A stretch of 64,000 nucleotides of DNA from Octopus sinensis (lineage: Eukaryota). The stretch is taken from assembly GCF_006345805.1 (NCBI RefSeq), contig NC_043019.1, positions 5,641,360-5,705,359 on the forward strand, read 5' to 3'. A model generated the notes under the pieces. It was given only the letters and a program-made list of their open reading frames with translations, was not told where the DNA came from and did not search any database. Every line of letters starts with the position of its first letter. The first letter of the stretch is position 1. The translations under genes and the position numbers were made by a program. Of the stretch, positions 62,691-64,000 are shown piece after piece.

Positions 62691-63357
62691 TTGGGACACA
62701 AAACTCTACTTGTGAAGACCTTTTGAGGCAAGTGAAAATCAAATCAAAATCGATGAACATCAATGGAATTTGTAGTTTTGTGGTACCAGTGCCGGTGGCA
62801 CATAAGAAAACCATCCGAACGTGGCTGTAGCCAGTACTGCGGCGACTGGCCTCCGTGCTGGTGGCACGTAACAAACACCATCCAAGCGTGGCTGTTCGCC
62901 AGCCTCGTCTGGCACCTGTGTCTGTGGCACATAAAAAAACACCATCCGAGCGTGGCCGTTCGCCAGCCTCGTCTGGCACCTGTGTCGGTGGCACATAAAA
63001 AAAACACCATCCGAGCATGGCGTTCGCCAGCCTCGTCTGGCACCTGTGTCCGTGGTACATAAAAAAACACCATCCGAGCATGGCCGTTCGCAGGCCTCGT
63101 CTGGCACCTGTGTCCGTGGCACATAAAAAACACCATCCGAGCGTGGCCATTCGCCAGCCTCGTCTGGCACCTGTGTCGGTGGCACGTAAAAAGCACCCAC
63201 TACACTCACGGAGTGGTTGGCGTTAGGAAGGGCATCCAGCTGTAGAAGCACTGCCAGATCTGACTGGCCTGGTGCAGCCTTCTGGCTTCCCAGACCCCAG
63301 TTGAACCGTCCAACCCATGCTAGCATGGAAAGCGGACGTTAAACAATGATGATGATG
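62691..63357 (+). mobile_element. Repeat family C with five ~60-bp modules
   Basis: AAAACACCATCC(G/A)AGC(G/A)TGG...GGCACCTGTGTC repeated between ~62870 and 63190; core; (GAT)n tail. Confidence 0.9.
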
Positions 63358-63603
63358 AGGAGGAGGACAGCAAGCTGGTGGAACCATTAACCCACTGGAC
63401 AAAAAGCTTGGCAGCATTTTGCCCAGCTTTGTGTTCTGAGCTCAAATTCCACTAAGGTTGACTTTACCTTTCTTCCTTTTGAGATTGATATAATAAGTAC
63501 CAGTCAAGAAATGGTGTCAATGTAATCGACTTCCCCTCCCCCTCCCCTCAAAAACTGCTGGCCTGGTACCAAAATCTGATACCTTTATTATAACTATTAT
63601 TCA

Positions 63604-63818
63604 GGTGGCAAGCTGACAGAACGTTAGCATGCAGGACAAAACACTTTGCAGCATTTTGTCTGTCTTCATGTTCTTAGTCCAAATTCCACCGAGTTCGGTT
63701 TTGCTTCTCATCCTTTCAGGGTTGATTAAATAATTACTAGTTGAGCAGTGGGGGGGGGGGTCAATGTAATTGACTTACTCCCTCCTCCAAAATTGCTGGC
63801 CTTTGTGTCAAAATTTGA

Positions 63819-63820
<2 letters not shown>
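63604..63820 (+). mobile_element. SINE family B, diverged, with (AAT)n tail
   Basis: Family B head and TCATCCTTTCAGGGTTGAT core. Confidence 0.72.
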
Positions 63821-63869
<49 letters not shown>

Positions 63870-63907
63870 TATTATTATTATTATTATTATTGAGTGAGAG
63901 AATTTGA

Positions 63908-63954
<47 letters not shown>

Positions 63955-64000
63955 TAATAATAATAATTATTATTATTATTATTATTATTGAGTGAGAGAA
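63810..64000. repeat. Tandem (AAT)n(ATT)n-GAGTGAGAG units
   Basis: AATTTGAAAT(AAT)n..(ATT)nGAGTGAGAG occurs twice and runs off the window edge. Confidence 0.85.

Overview
AT-rich eukaryotic genomic DNA saturated with microsatellites ((TA)n, (CA)n, (TACA)n, (AAT)n, (CAT)n, (GTA)n) and interspersed repeats. The repeat landscape most resembles an Octopus (coleoid cephalopod) genome; this is inference, not a database match. There is no intact long ORF, rRNA, CRISPR array or prokaryotic gene, and almost all listed ORFs are translations of microsatellites or repeats. Contents: (1) about 15 near-full-length copies of one ~420-bp tRNA-headed SINE with an internal microsatellite (family A), three further tRNA-headed SINE families (B, D, E) and a (GAT)n-tailed family with internal tandem modules (C); (2) decayed LINE fragments (RTE, RTE-X, BovB-like, CR1, R4/Dong-like); (3) decayed Tc1/mariner elements and hAT-, piggyBac- and Merlin-like MITEs, often nested three deep; (4) a few candidate minus-strand exons of an unidentified gene; (5) two long foldback palindromes. 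The most notable signal is a set of short non-coding elements carrying type I hammerhead-ribozyme (HHR) motifs of several distinct designs, with no Penelope-like ORF in the window. They include a near-intact ~50-nt HHR embedded in (TA)n, and an HHR whose stem II is extended by an ~80-nt hairpin, present as two inverted copies. Family letters are my own labels; coordinates of decayed elements are approximate.
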